In this document: positions 1 through 19,608 of the stretch, one piece after another
Layout of the letters: each line of letters begins with the position of its first letter
Numbering within the stretch: position 1 is the stretch's first letter
Origin: Paraspadella gotoi
Taxonomy: Eukaryota > Animalia > Chaetognatha
NCBI GenBank assembly: GCA_051294375.1
Contig: CM119269.1
Location: forward strand, 14,180,552 to 14,244,551
Direction of reading: 5' to 3'
DNA: 64,000 nt
Notes under the pieces: generated by a model
The model's input: only the letters and a program-made list of their open reading frames with translations
The model's database searches: none
Told to the model about the DNA's origin: nothing
Program-made: the position numbers and the translations under genes

Positions 1-80
1 TTTGTTTGTTTTTTTCATTTTCATGTACTTCTTTTTATAAACTGTCTAGTGTCTAATATAGTATTTTTTTTATTTTTCAG

Positions 81-1694
81 GCATGCAAAATATGGAAACG
101 GTGAAAAAGGCTTACGACACAGTCAAGCCGCTTTGCGAGAAATTTGCTCTCTTACAGTGCACCAGCTCATATCCATGCCCCGCAGAGGATACTCACCTCA
201 GGTTATTTTCGGATAAAAAAGGATTTCAACCAATAAAAAAAATATTTATTCATGTAATACAATGAACTACCGTGCCTTTTGACCTTAAACAGTGAACAAT
301 GAATATGCTACGTTGGGTAAAGGTAAGCATAATTGTTTACCTCCAGTGTTGTTCTTTGTATTGTACAAAACTGAAGTTGGGCAAATAAATAAACATTTTT
401 AAATTTTCCCTAAAACTAACTGACAATCTAAAGCATATCGTAAATATTTCCATTAAGGTGCATCGATTTGTACAAGAGAGAATTTAACGACATTCCGATT
501 GGATATTCGGGCCACGAGAGCGGGATCGAAATTACTCTCGCCGCCGTCGCCAGGGGCGCGAAGATCGTCGAACGACATTTTACTCTCGATAAGGTATTCT
601 CTTTTGTTTTTTCTTCTCAATGCGCGTATTATTAGTATCGCATAGTTATTTTATTAGTATAAAAATCTTAAATCAGGAGTTTGTTAACTTATTTACCTGA
701 CAGACGATGAAGGGCGGCGACCACAAGGCGTCGTTAGAACCTCACGAGCTCAAGTCGCTCGTCCAGGGGATCCGGTTGATCGAAAAGGCCCTCGGCGCGG
801 AGGAGAAAATGCTCCGACCCTCGGAGATTCCATGCACCAAAAAGGCATTTAACTTTAAATGAAGGAATAAAAATGAATGCACATAATAGATAACAAATAA
901 GATACCTAAAAAGTTGACATCGATTACCTCCTAAATATTTCCCAAGTTTTGCAAGGAGAATTGTATATAATTATTAGGTATAAATAACGCTAAATAATAA
1001 ACAATGTTTCTAAAAATAGCTCGGCAAAAGCGTGGTCGCGGCCCGAGACCTTAAAAAGGGCGAAGTCCTTGACATCAAAATGATCGACGTCAAATGCGCT
1101 GAGCCTCATGGAATTTCTCCCCAGCATCTGGACGAACTTATGGGTGAGGTTTAGGGCTATGGTGAAGGAAGGTAAGTCATTCCTAAAAATCAAATATCAC
1201 GAACCCAAAGAAGTCTGGAGTTTTATTCGCCGGAGCGGAATGCAAGGAAAATGACCGAGCCACCGGGCACAATAAGAGTCGGTCCAACCCACAATTACTA
1301 CAAATGATTTATTATTTGAAAGTTAAATCTTTGAAAGAAATTTATATAGACAATTAGACATTTAAGGATGATTTCTTACCACAGGAGTGATTTTTTTCAT
1401 GGCATTGGTACAACTACTAAATAATTATCCCTCTTACGATAAAATAACATGTTGTGGCACAATGCCACAATAACAAGATCGGACAAGCTTTTAATCACTA
1501 GTTTAATAACTCCATGAGTACCTCGCTTCCCCAATTCCTATCAATGAAGGGGTATTAAATTTTTTAACTGATTCAATTGTATAAAAATACATTGTTTTAT
1601 TCATTCAGGACACGAATTGCTACAAGATGTTCCATTCGATGTTACGATCGATGCTGATTGGGTTAAGGGTTGGAACTTTGAATCAAACAAATAA
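81..1694 (+). CDS. NANS: Sialic acid (N-acetylneuraminate-9-phosphate) synthase, 3' part; exons 81-201, 458-593, 704-844, 1020-1143, 1609-1694
   Basis: Spliced translation gives LQCTSSYP, IPIGYSGHESG, GAKIVERHFTLDKTMKGGDHKASLEP and a C-terminal SAF/antifreeze-like domain (LGKSVVAARDLKKGEVL..KCAEPHGISP). Exon phases are consistent. 5' exons lie upstream of the window. Confidence 0.93.
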
Positions 1695-3005
1695 TTAGGT
1701 CAAAATTTGTTCAAAGAAACTTTAATGGAGAAATTTAAAATATACATTTTATTCTGTCATGCGTTCTTTGTAATTCTTTTTTATACAGTTTTCTTATATT
1801 ATATTATTATATTATATTATATTATTATGAAATTGGTACAACCAATATAAAAATTATATTATTTTTTTTTGTTTTACCAAAAAAACATTTTGAATTACTG
1901 TTTTATGTCACGAATCGACGGTTTATATATGTATTTGTTAAATCATTGAATTCAATGAGCAGCACAAAAAAAAACAAAATATATTCTAATTGAAAATGAA
2001 GGCATTTTTTTAGGTAAATATGTCACCAAATAATTTTAACGGCAATTTTGACGAAGCTAAAAAAATTGTCAGAAAGGATTGAGCATTAGAGTGCAGCTCC
2101 CGGCAACAAAAAAATTATTTGAGTGAACAACAAGAATCTTAGGACGATCCTAGTATATGATATTATGATTATTGAGTAAAAAAATTTTTTTTCTTATAAA
2201 ATTTGGTGTTTTTCGGATTCCTAGGAATAGGACCTTCTACGTGACAAGTACATAAAAATTAGCCAGGAAAGAGAGAGAAAAAAAACAATAAAAACCCGAC
2301 TATCTTGATCAAACATCTTTCGGTTCCAAAGCAAAAAAAAACAAAAAAAAAAAAAAAACAACAATAACAATTCTCACCAAACTGGAATGTTGGAAGTGAC
2401 CTTAATTCACGTTACACAAAACTATGTCATAGTCTATGGTTAGTTTTTAAAAAGGGTTGATCTACGTCGAAAAGTTTCCTCACCCGTTAATCAACTGAAA
2501 AATAATGATTTTGCTTTTGCTTCAAGTTAATTTTGTTTTTGTTTTCTTAACAAAACAAACGACGTTCGTCCCTGTTCGGTCAGTATAATTTTCCCACTGA
2601 GCTTCGATCTTCTTTAACCGGTTGGAGCGGGTCATAATCGTCGTCGTCGTCGTCGTCGTTTCGTTTCCATAACCGGTTTTTCTCTGTACGACGCTTTCGT
2701 CCTCGGTTCGTGGATAAGAAAAGAAGAACCCGAGAAACGGATTCCAACATAAACAAAAAAATAAAACAGAAAGAAAAAAAAACGAAAAAATAAAACAAAC
2801 CTCTCTAACTGACAATATAAAACCAAAAAAATATAAACTTTACATTCCGTTCGCCGGACCTCTAAATAATTCTGATTTTAAAGTAATCTAACAAATTTCA
2901 TAACCTTTCCAAAATCCCTGGTCCACATCTGATTCTTAAAATCTTCATCTCTCGCCAACTTTGCCCACAACTCCGCCTCTTTTCGCCCACAACTCCACCT
3001 CAAAG

Positions 3006-3936
3006 ATGGCGGAGGCCCACGAAGCCGTGGCCTTCGCCTTCAAGGTCCGCCCCGACGGCGTCGACGTCGACTTCTCTCGTGAACTCCTCAAACTCTTCGT
3101 CGACGGTTTCCTTCGCTCGAGGAAGAAGCGTCTCTGGCGCCTGACCAACAGGCTGCGTCGCGGCGTCTTTCCCGCCACCGCGGCGTCCTTCGCCGTCGTC
3201 GGCGTGGTCGTCGCCCTCGTCGCGTCTTTGGCGCCGGAATGGGCGGCTAGTTGGGGCGTGGAGGCTCCTGAGGAAGGATCGACGACGGCGTGGTGGATCG
3301 CCGGGGTGGCTGGAATCAGGTATGCACCGTAATTTCTGTCTTTCTGTCTTTCTGTCTCTCTCTTTTTATGTCACTCTGTTCAATTTCAAAATACTTGGTT
3401 AGTACTATGAATCACGAAGGGAAAAATAAATAACAAGACCTTACCTTTTCTCAACTCACTCTTCAGTCTAGTCGTCTGGTTGATAATCATCATCCTCATT
3501 CGATTTACTCTTCGTCTTCTTCTCATCTACAAAGGTAAGTCATTGGTCAGTTTACCTTGTTTATTTAGCGTTCTGCATGTGAATATTCTGTCGAAAAGTT
3601 TTATTACTGATAATAAATATAAAGTTAATGGAATAATTGATTAGTGAATTACCTTTTCATATTACAGTATTACGTTAATTCGTTACTACTTCACTACATT
3701 ACCGCATTCCGGCATTACATTACTACATTGCAAGAGTTCTTTTTAAGGTTTTCTCTACGAGAACTTCGGTCGCGTCTCCATCACGACTCGCCTCTGGCTC
3801 ATCCTCCTCAGCATCCTTCAATATCCTGGAGGAAAACCGATGCTCAACTCCTTCCAGAGCTTCTTACCGATCTTGCCCGTACCGCCGCTCAAGCAGACCT
3901 TGCAGAAGCATCTCGAGTGAGAGAGATGGAGGAGTA

Positions 3937-3981
<45 letters not shown>

Positions 3982-6020
3982 TCCTTTTAGAGCTTCTTTG
4001 ATCTTCTTTCATATTGTACTTATGGAGAAGCACTTAGAGTGAGATAGAGAGAGGGGGGAGGAAGGGAAAGAAAGAGAAGAAAAGAGAAAGAGGGAAAGAG
4101 CGAATAAGAAATAACATCTTGGTACATTCTTGGAAAATAATTAAGTCGCCTAAACTTTGGACTAACTTTTATCCCCTTTATTATCAAAAATCAAAATAAT
4201 TAAAAAAAAAGGTTAAAATTCGATTTAAAACATTAAAAACAAATGAAAAGAAGGATATAAAAAAATCTGGCCTAATTCTTGTAACAAATTTTAAAAAAAT
4301 ATTTTTTTTTTATGATAATATTTTTTTGATATATTATTATACTTTACTTCTGGGGGTTTCGATGTATTCATTATTTTTTTTTTGAATTTGTTTATCTTTA
4401 AATTTAAAGCCGTAAAAGTTACTGAAAATAAAAAAAAGTTTCGTCAACTTATTTATTTTCCAAGATGGTAGAGAGAGGAAAAGCAATCAATCAACCAATC
4501 AATTAAAATCCTACACGATCCTTTCCCTCCCGAACAGGTCCGTCCGCCAACTGCTCGACGACGCCGACTTCGACCGCATGGTGTTGCTGACGAGAGAGTT
4601 CGAATCGACGGTGGCGTCCAAGCTGCAGTTCTACCTCGTTCTCAAATCCTGGTGGGCGACCAACTACGTGACCGATTGGTGGGAGGAGCTCGTCTACCTT
4701 CGAGGACGCGGGCCGCTCGTCGTCAACTCAAACTATTACGGGGTGGAGGCCGTGCTACTTCATAGGACAAGAGTGCAGGTTAGGGGTTGACTTGTAATTG
4801 GTGGATTGGTGGGTCGGATGATCCCGTCGGTAAGGTGCTGGGTCGGTCGGTCGGTCGGAGAGAAGGTAAGTTAGGCGGCGTTCGCTTGATGTTTCTGATT
4901 TGAGAGACGAGGACTATAGTGATTAATTTATTGTTGGCGAAGGAATAACAATTTTTTTTATATTTCAAGTTTTATATTTCAGTTGGCTCCTACTTGTAGG
5001 AGTGCGACGTCTACGCACTAAAGAAAATTTTCATTAACCAACAATTTTTTGAAAATAAGTTCACAATTATTAATCTCTTAATAGTACATTTACAAAAAAT
5101 CTAGGAGCGTTTATTTAACAGACGACAATATGCAAATGATATTAGGAACCACAAATTTCTCTTAATTTTTACATTTTGACCCTTGACTCAGGCAGCGCGC
5201 GCTGCCACGTTCACTCACGTCGTCCTACGTCACAAGAGAAACCTGGAAAGAGAAAGCGTGAGTCCGATCTTCGCCAATGGAATCGGAGGGACGGTGCCAC
5301 TCTGCTCTGCGCAATACGAGAGGACGTTTAACACAGTCAGGTTTAGTTGGGTTGGTGATGGTTGGTTGGATGGGTTGCTTGGGTTGTTTAGCTAACAGGT
5401 TCGTTGGTTGCTTCGGTTTTAGAGGTTTTTTTTATATTTATTTTTTTTTCTTTTAGTATGTTATCTTTTTTCTTTGTTTCTTTGTTTTTTTTCTTTCAAT
5501 GTTTCTATATTTATGTCTTCCTTCCCTTTCTTTCTCTCTTTATTTTTCCTTCTTTCTTTATTTTTCTTTCTATCTTTCTTTTTTCAATGTAAATTCTATT
5601 CTACCGAAACAGAATTCCCGGAAAGGAAGTGGACCGTCTGAAGCATTTCGATAGCAGCAAACACATCGCGGTGCTGCATCGAGGAAGATACTTCAAGGTC
5701 TGGGTCTACCGCAATGGGTCCTACCTCGAACCTTGCGAGTTGGAGCGAACTTTTCAGATGATCCTCGACGACGATTCCCCAAGGTCAGATGGTTCTTGCC
5801 AATTGCATTTTCGTTTCGTCAAGTAATCAAGTTTTTATTTTTGCAGTCCTAAAATTGTTTTATATTTTTTGTATTATACTTCGCTCCTGATTTTGCGATT
5901 TGTTTTTTGTTTTCACAACAATAATTTTTTTTTCTCCTCTCATGCTGAATTCGTTTTTTTCCCTTTCACAGTACGATAATAAACATTTTTTTCTCTGGGC
6001 TCCTGTTTCTTTTACAGCTA

Positions 6021-6099
<79 letters not shown>

Positions 6100-9000
6100 C
6101 TTATTTTAATGTCTCCCTCAACTGTTTTTTTGTTTCCCAGTTTTCTGGCGAGGATCGCTTGGCGGCGTTGACGGCCGGGAACCGCCGTCCTTGGCGGGAA
6201 GCGCGGGAGAAGTTTTTGCCGAACGGCGTCAACAGGTTCGTAACATCCTGTAACGGAGACATTTCTTTTGCACTGTGCGTTCGGTTTTCGTACGGCTGTG
6301 AACTTGTCTCCCTTTTTCGTACATGTAATTGTAAACGTCATCAGTTTGTAACAAGTACGATCAGGTACTGACTACACCGTTCATTTTAAAGAAAAATAGA
6401 TACATTTTTATCTGACTGGATTTGCCAATGACCATTAACATTTATTTTAATTTTTNNNNNNNNNNCTGACTGGATTGGCCAATGGCCATTAACATTGATT
6501 TTAATTTTTACAGTATCTATTTAGTTTCAATTCTATAAATTGAATTTAAATATTATGCTTTCAACAACTGCACACGATCTCCACGACGTCCCTACCCATA
6601 CACCCTTCCCACCGACCCCGCGCCCCCTCCAGGTCGAGCCTCGATGCGATCGAGAGCGCCGCCTTCGTCGTCATCCTCGACCAAGAGGAGCACACCTTCG
6701 ACGAAGATGACGACGATCGCCTCGACGCGTGGGGACAATCTTGTTTCCATGGAAACGGATGCAACCGCTGGTTCGACAAGGTGAGTTGTTTCCGGGGTTA
6801 AGATAGATAACAACGAAAACGACCAAAGTTACTTCATTATTTAATCAAACCGATGCTTTTGCGGCTGAAAATATTGACCCCGGTGAAACTTCACTAAATT
6901 ATAATCCCCTGATTCTTTCCGACCATATGCGCTCTATATATCGAATACTCTTCGAAACCCATTCTTCCTCCCGTTCTCTTCCTCTGAAAGATTTTTATTC
7001 ACGATTTATTCGTCATTTATTCGAGATTTAGAAAACCCTGCTCCGTTTTAAAGCCAGTTAAACCTACGGCCGACGAATCGAACGCGCGACCCTCGAGGCA
7101 TCGAAAATAATAAACATTTTCTACATCCTCCTTTTTCACATCTCCTCTCCTCCTCTTAAATTCTCCCTTTTCCTTTTATCCATCCTCTTTCTATCTTTTT
7201 ATCCTTCCCACTTTCTTTTCTCTCTTCTTATCCTCTTCTTTCTTTTTCCTTATTTCATTCTTCTCTCCTTTCTTCTTCCTTCCTCTTTTTTCCTCCCTCC
7301 CCTCTCCACCCTTCCCCTCCCTCTCCTCCCCTCCCCTCCCCTCCCCTCTCCTCCCTACCCTTCCCCTCCCTGCCCCTTCCAGTCCTTCAACCTCATTGTT
7401 TTCGCCAACGGACGCATTGGCTTCAACGCCGAACACAGTTGGGGCGACGCGCCCATCATGGCGCATCTCTGGGAATACACACTCTGCAGGGAGTTTATGG
7501 AGTACGAGTATTCGCCCACGGGGCACACCCTGGGAGAAGCGAGGGTAGTGATGAGGCCGACCAGGCTACACTGGAATCTGACGGAAGAGTGTCAGGTGAT
7601 AAGAATAATGATAAGAAGATGTACAGAAAGATGGATGACAGAGAGGGAGATACGCGGAAAGAAAATGAAAATATGGAGATACGCGGGAAAAGCGCAATTT
7701 AAAATACGTTAAATAATATTATATAAATATTATGTAAATAAATAATATTGTACCTACAGATTAGAAGAAACTCCTTCACAATTTATTAATTAGTATTTAA
7801 GCGGTTTATATAAAATAAAAGAGGAAAATAGTTATAGAAATTTCAAAAAAAAAAAAAAATCATTGATCAAAATAAAGATTGAAGAAATAATTTGAACTGC
7901 TACAATATGCAAATGACATTGAGAAACTTTATCTCAATTGAAACAGTTTTTAAATGAGGATATTTCATGAATCCAGCTCTTACCCCCCCCTTCCCAGGCC
8001 GTAATCTCGGAATCTCTTACGACGGCGAGAGAGCTCTACGAGGACGTTGATCTCCGCCTGACTGCCTTTCACGATTTCGGAAAAGGCCTGATGAAGAAGA
8101 GCGGGATCTCGCCTGACGCTTTCATCCAGTTGGCTTTGCAGTTGGCTTATTTTAGGGACGCGGGAAAGTTTCAGCTCGCTTACGAGGTGAGGATTGTTGT
8201 TGTTTATTTTAGGCGTAAACATTTTAAATGTATATTTAAAGCTGTTTCAATGTCATCGCATTCACCAGAAGAAATGTGATATACGAGTATATTTTCATAA
8301 TGGAGGAAAAAAAAATGGACAAAAAATCAAAACTTTTTTTTCTCCATAATGAAAATATACTCTAAATATTATTTAAAGGTAGTATTGCTTATTTCAGGCC
8401 TATGTATAAATTCATATTTTCGGTTGCAAAAAAATACTTCTTCCTCTTCAGTCTTTCTTTTTTCCCGTCTTTTTTCTTCTTCTATCTTCTCTCTAATGCC
8501 ACCAATTTACCTCCTCCCTCCCAACCCCCAGTCTTCCATGACCCGCCTCTTCCGCGAGGGTCGCACCGAAACCGTCCGTCCATGCACCGCCGAGTCGTCG
8601 GCCTGGGTCCGCGCCATGGAGGACTCTTCCGTCGCCGCCGACGAGCGACTCCGCCTCTTCAAACTCGGCGCCCAACGTCACCAGAACGAATACAGGGACG
8701 CCATGGCGGGGAAGGGCGTCGACAGGCGAGTTTGGACGGGGTTTGGGGAATGGGGGCGATTTCGGGATAAGAGATAAGGAGAAAGGAGAGAGAAAGAAAA
8801 AGAGAGGGAGAGAGTGAGAGAGATATTTATATTGAGAAAGGAAAGTGCGAGCTCAAGGCTAGCGCTTTAAACTGACCTCTGAAGATACATTATCTTGTCG
8901 TTTGTAAGTTTGTTTGTTTGTTTTCATGAGTATGGCACTGAACAACAATGATAATTTCTAATTTTCTAGTGGACAATAAGCAAAGAGAGAGAGCGAGTGA

Positions 9001-10733
9001 ATGGGAACGAATGAGTGACATTTTTAATGTTGTTTGTCACTTTTTGAGAGAGAGAGATGATGATGATAATGATAAAATATTGCTAAAAACGCCCTGGATG
9101 AGAAACAGAGAAAGAAAAAGAGAGACAAAAAGAGAAAGAGAGAGAAAGAGAGAGTGAGAAGAGAGTTTAAAAAAACTTTCCAAGAAATGTATTTTAGAAG
9201 GAACAGTGGCGGGGATTCCCCGCCGTGGATAATGCTGAGGGCTTCAAATGTTAATCCCCATGAAAAATAGTGGCGGGGATTCCCTAAAACAGGGGAAAAG
9301 AAGACAGTTTTCGTGAACAGAAAGAGGGCGCAGTTGAAACTGTCCCCTTATAGCCAGTTCAAACTGCGCCTTTTTGGACGGCGTAATACTTGAGACTTCC
9401 TGACATCTCTCTCTCTGTCCAGGCATCTCTTCTGTCTCTACGTGGTCGCCCAGTGGCTGGAGATCGAGTCTCCCTTCCTCGACGCCGTCCTCAAAGAGCC
9501 GTGGATGCTGTCGACGAGTCAAACGCCTCACAAGCAGACCAACTGCATCAACCTCAACGTTTATCCAGGTGCGTTTTTCCTTTTTGGTTATTACCGCATT
9601 TTGATAAAAAAAAAAAAATTTTCCTACATATCGGCTGCAATAACTTATAATTGTTTTATTTTTTTTATTTAGAGAAAAAAAAACAAAGTTTTTATTAGTT
9701 TTCAACGAAATTTGTTTTTATTGGTAAACAGACATGTTTCGGCTTTAGTATTCATTTACAACGAAAAAGAAAGGATTATCACATAATTTTTTTTATTGTA
9801 TTTTATAGTATTTTCTCAATAAATCGAAACAATTTTGTTTCCCCCCCCCATTCTTATTTTTAACAATACGTACAATAATTAAATAAAAAAAATCATACAG
9901 CATAATACGATTATTATACTATTATTAATGATTGGGCATTTTATACTCCCCCCCCCTCTGCCACTACCACGACCATCAGAAATGATCACTTGCGGGGGAG
10001 GGTTCGGCCCCGTCTCCGCCGACGGCTACGGCGTCTCCTACATCATCGCCCACGAAAACGTCATCTTCTTTCACGTCTCGTCGCGTCGGAGTTCGAAGAA
10101 GACGGACTCCAAGAGATTCCTTCAGGGTAACGTTGACGATCCTCTTGTGAGAGTTTGGAAATTATTTTCATTTATTGTCAAAGAATATATATTTTATATT
10201 ATATATTAGCCAATAAAAAAGACATGTCGCTGGTTTCTGTGAATGAGTCGCTGGGCCGGACCCAAAGATAAAATGGGAAAAGAAAGAGCGAGTTCCTTCA
10301 GTATCCCGCTTCACTTTCGATACGGCACATGTCCTTTCGGGGTTCGTTACTATAGTAACTGGTAAACGCCCTCGCCGTTTAACTTACTCATAATTATTAC
10401 ATTTTTACAAATAATGTTCCGGCCAAAATCTAATTCGATCAGAATATATTATTTTACATATTAATCTTATTTCCTTACCTGAAGAAAAAAAAACTTTTCC
10501 CTCTCCATAAGAAAAATACATATTTTATACATAACTAGGTATTTAGTACGTAATTTGAGCTTAGAAAGTTAAAAAAAATAATCCTTTGATTCAATTTAAT
10601 TCACCTTTCAGGCATTGCGCGTGCTCTCAACGACATCAAGAGTATGTTCGAAGCGAACGGAGTTTCGTATCCAGTTTCTTTGTGGAATTCCGACGGAAAA
10701 CTTTTGAGAGAAACTTATATCTCGAAGAAATAA
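3006..10733 (+). CDS. CPT1: Carnitine O-palmitoyltransferase 1 (CPT1 family), 14 exons: 3006-3319, 3467-3534, 3748-3916, 4538-4778, 5192-5340, 5613-~5783, 6141-6235, 6633-6780, 7383-7595, 7998-8186, 8532-8725, 9423-9568, 9980-10126, 10612-10733
   Basis: [11 protein letters not shown]-terminus, two TM segments, [21 protein letters not shown], catalytic [62 protein letters not shown]. One junction (5783/6141) is off by one nt (see findings). Confidence 0.95.
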
Positions 10734-11718
10734 TATCGTACTATTGGTATTTTTCTAGTAACAATTTCAATGGCATGGCGATATTGGATTTAACTGTATT
10801 TTAAGTTCTTATTTTTTTGTTTACCGTTTTAAAGAATTTGTAGAAAGCGTAAAAAGCTTGAAATACGTACGCACATCACAATATTTTGCCCTCGCAAATA
10901 ACAATGCAATTTTTGTTCTTGGCGTAGTACAATAGTTAAATTTTATAGGTACCATTTAGTTATGATTTTTTTTTATTTTTGAACCTTAAACTTTCATTTA
11001 GTTATACTTGTACCTAGCACTTTATTGTGGATAATTCACCTATTTTTTTTTGGCCGAGATATGGAAAATAAATGTTTAATAAAAAATTTGAAATTGTCAT
11101 TTTTAAAACATCGATTGATATGACGGATTCTTTGGTCAACAAGACAAGAGGCAAAACTGGAAACGGGAACAATTGCAAATCATTGCAGAATGCCATCGTC
11201 GCTTTTTTTCCAATTTCTTCTTTCTCATATTCCATTCGCATTCTGGTACTAATTACACTTAATGTTTAATGTTAAGCCTCATCGGTTCCTATGAAATGCC
11301 AAGCGCTGAGTATTAACTGTTTACTTACGTACTCGACTGAAAACAAAACTGAACAAGAATATAAAGAATACAATGGGATTCGTATTGACGATGAACACAG
11401 CGGAAAACAAAAATGCATTTCAAAATTGTGGTGGGTAAAGGGTTGAAGGTGAGGGGGCGAGAGGAGGTAGACCCACATCTCTTCGAAACAAGAGGGATGG
11501 CGTTTGATAAAACAACGACACGGCGGGAAAAAAGAAGCGTCGTGGTTTTTTAATTGTTTGCCCTGGCGTTTCCCGCGCGAGTTTCCGGACGAGGCGACAC
11601 TGTTTCTCTTTTAAACGTCTCATCGATCCCCGCGCGGGCTCCGAGACGAGGTGTCACTGTTTTTTTGTTTTTTTTCGAACTCGGGCTCTTCTTCGACAGT
11701 TTTGAGCGGTAAGGATGA

Positions 11719-17692
<5,974 letters not shown>

Positions 17693-17928
17693 CTGCGAGA
17701 AAGGGGTCATCAATTGTTTACGTACTACGAAGTTTTTAATTTAAAAATAGAAGCGATATACAAACGATTTTCTAAAACCGTTAAAACTCTCTGTTTAATT
17801 ATTATGTACATACGGAAGTTAATCTTTATAATAAACTGATAAGATCCTTTAACGAGAAATCGCATCTGTAAAAAAATAAGAAAAAAAAAAAATCTGATCG
17901 GATTAAGGAAATCGCCAGACGCTTCTAT

Positions 17929-18060
17929 TTTTAGTTGCGCCGCGAGTACTCGCGGAGCAACTCTTTAAGTCAATTTTCGGTCGGTTTGTCGGTCGGTGGG
18001 TCGGTCCAGCGGTCCGTCGGAATGTCTGTCTGTCGGTCTAACCCACTTGCAAATAATGCA
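17929..18060 (+). mobile_element. Helentron-associated (HINE/DINE-1-like) element fragment
   Basis: TTTT + AGTTGC..GCAACT hairpin followed by (GTCG/GTCT)n microsatellite and cccacttgca; inverted copy at 29201-29301. Confidence 0.7.
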
Positions 18061-19238
18061 TATAATTTGCTAATAGTTGCTCCTTTGTTAAAGACAGAAA
18101 AAACCCCAAATCTAAGGGACTGCTAGCGCTGCCTTTACAAATTCCCTAAGAATAAAAGACAGAATTTGGATACGGTGCATGTCATAAATACACGGGCAAC
18201 AATTTTTTTAAGTCATGTCATGTCCTATCATATCATATCATATTATTAAAGAGAAATACACGTGAAAATAAAGTCATTGCGGCGCAACACATCGGAATCA
18301 CCGTTCTTGTTAGAATGAAATCAAAGAAATCGATGAAGAAAGAAAAATTCCCGAAGGCTCGATTGGAAAAGGGAAGACTCACCACGCCCTTCTGATCCAT
18401 GATTAGAATCGAGTCTTCTCGATTACGAGGCATCCATTATTCCCAACTCAAGTCTCGGTCCTTGCTGGCGTCTTATGTCCATTTTTTTTTCTCGAGGGTT
18501 TCCATTCAGATGAAAGATTTTTCTTCGCCAAGATTCTCTGAGACTTGGGAGTATTTTTCTTTTTTTTTTAAATTTTGCTTCGTTTTTTTTTTTTATGACG
18601 GGTGCTATTGCACTCGAGATGTGCATGAGCGGCTAGAGTCCATTGTTGACCGGAGACTCTCCGGCGGAGAGGTTCCTGCGAATGATACTTTTTGCAAAAG
18701 TTGATACCTTGAGACAAGGAGAGTGAGGGAGAGAGAGAGAGAGACGGAGAGATTGAGATGAAAGATAAGACACGCGAAAGAAGAAAGGGTGAGAGGAGAG
18801 AGAGAGAGAGAGAGAAGAGAGAGAGAGAAGAGGAGAGAAGAGAGAGAGAGAGAAAAAAAAAATTTGAATTTTATTAAAAAGTTTGTGACAGACTTTTGAT
18901 GGCTTTTTAATCCCAAAAGTCTCTCTCTGACACGCAATGTTTTTGAGATTGAAATATGGTGATTGGTAACCATGTTGATGACGGTGATTTACACTGACGG
19001 CTTCAATGATGAAGGTACTGAGGGTGATAGTGAGGGTGATAATTCTTAAGAAGATCGGCGATGGTTATATAATGTTGTTGAAGGCAACGAGAACAGTGGC
19101 GAAATGATGGTGATCGCGAAAATGATGATGACGATGATAACGATGGTCACGATGATGATATAGATGATATTCACGCTAATGAAGTTGCTGACAAATGCGA
19201 CGATGTTGATGAGGCTGACAATGATGACGAAGCCGATA

Positions 19239-19608
19239 NNNNNNNNNNNNNNNNNNNNNNNNNNNNNNNNNNNNNNNNNNNNNNNNNNNNNNNNNNNNNN
19301 NNNNNNNNNNNNNNNNNNNNNNNNNNNNNNNNNNNNNNNNNNNNNNNNNNNNNNNNNNNNNNNNNNNNNNNNNNNNNNNNNNNNNNNNNNNNNNNNNNNN
19401 NNNNNNNNNNNNNNNNNNNNNNNNNNNNNNNNNNNNNNNNNNNNNNNNNNNNNNNNNNNNNNNNNNNNNNNNNNNNNNNNNNNNNNNNNNNNNNNNNNNN
19501 NNNNNNNNNNNNNNNNNNNNNNNNNNNNNNNNNNNNNNNNNNNNNNNNNNNNNNNNNNNNNNNNNNNNNNNNNNNNNNNNNNNNNNNNNNNNNNNNNNNN
19601 NNNNNNNN
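19239..19608. other. Assembly gap (N run); smaller gaps near 6456, 19834, 28098, 35401
   Basis: Runs of n in the sequence. Confidence 1.

Noticed and set aside
18970-19238. Acidic Asp-rich ORF
   Set aside because: Decayed (GAT)n low complexity with stops; the listed ORFs run through Ns.
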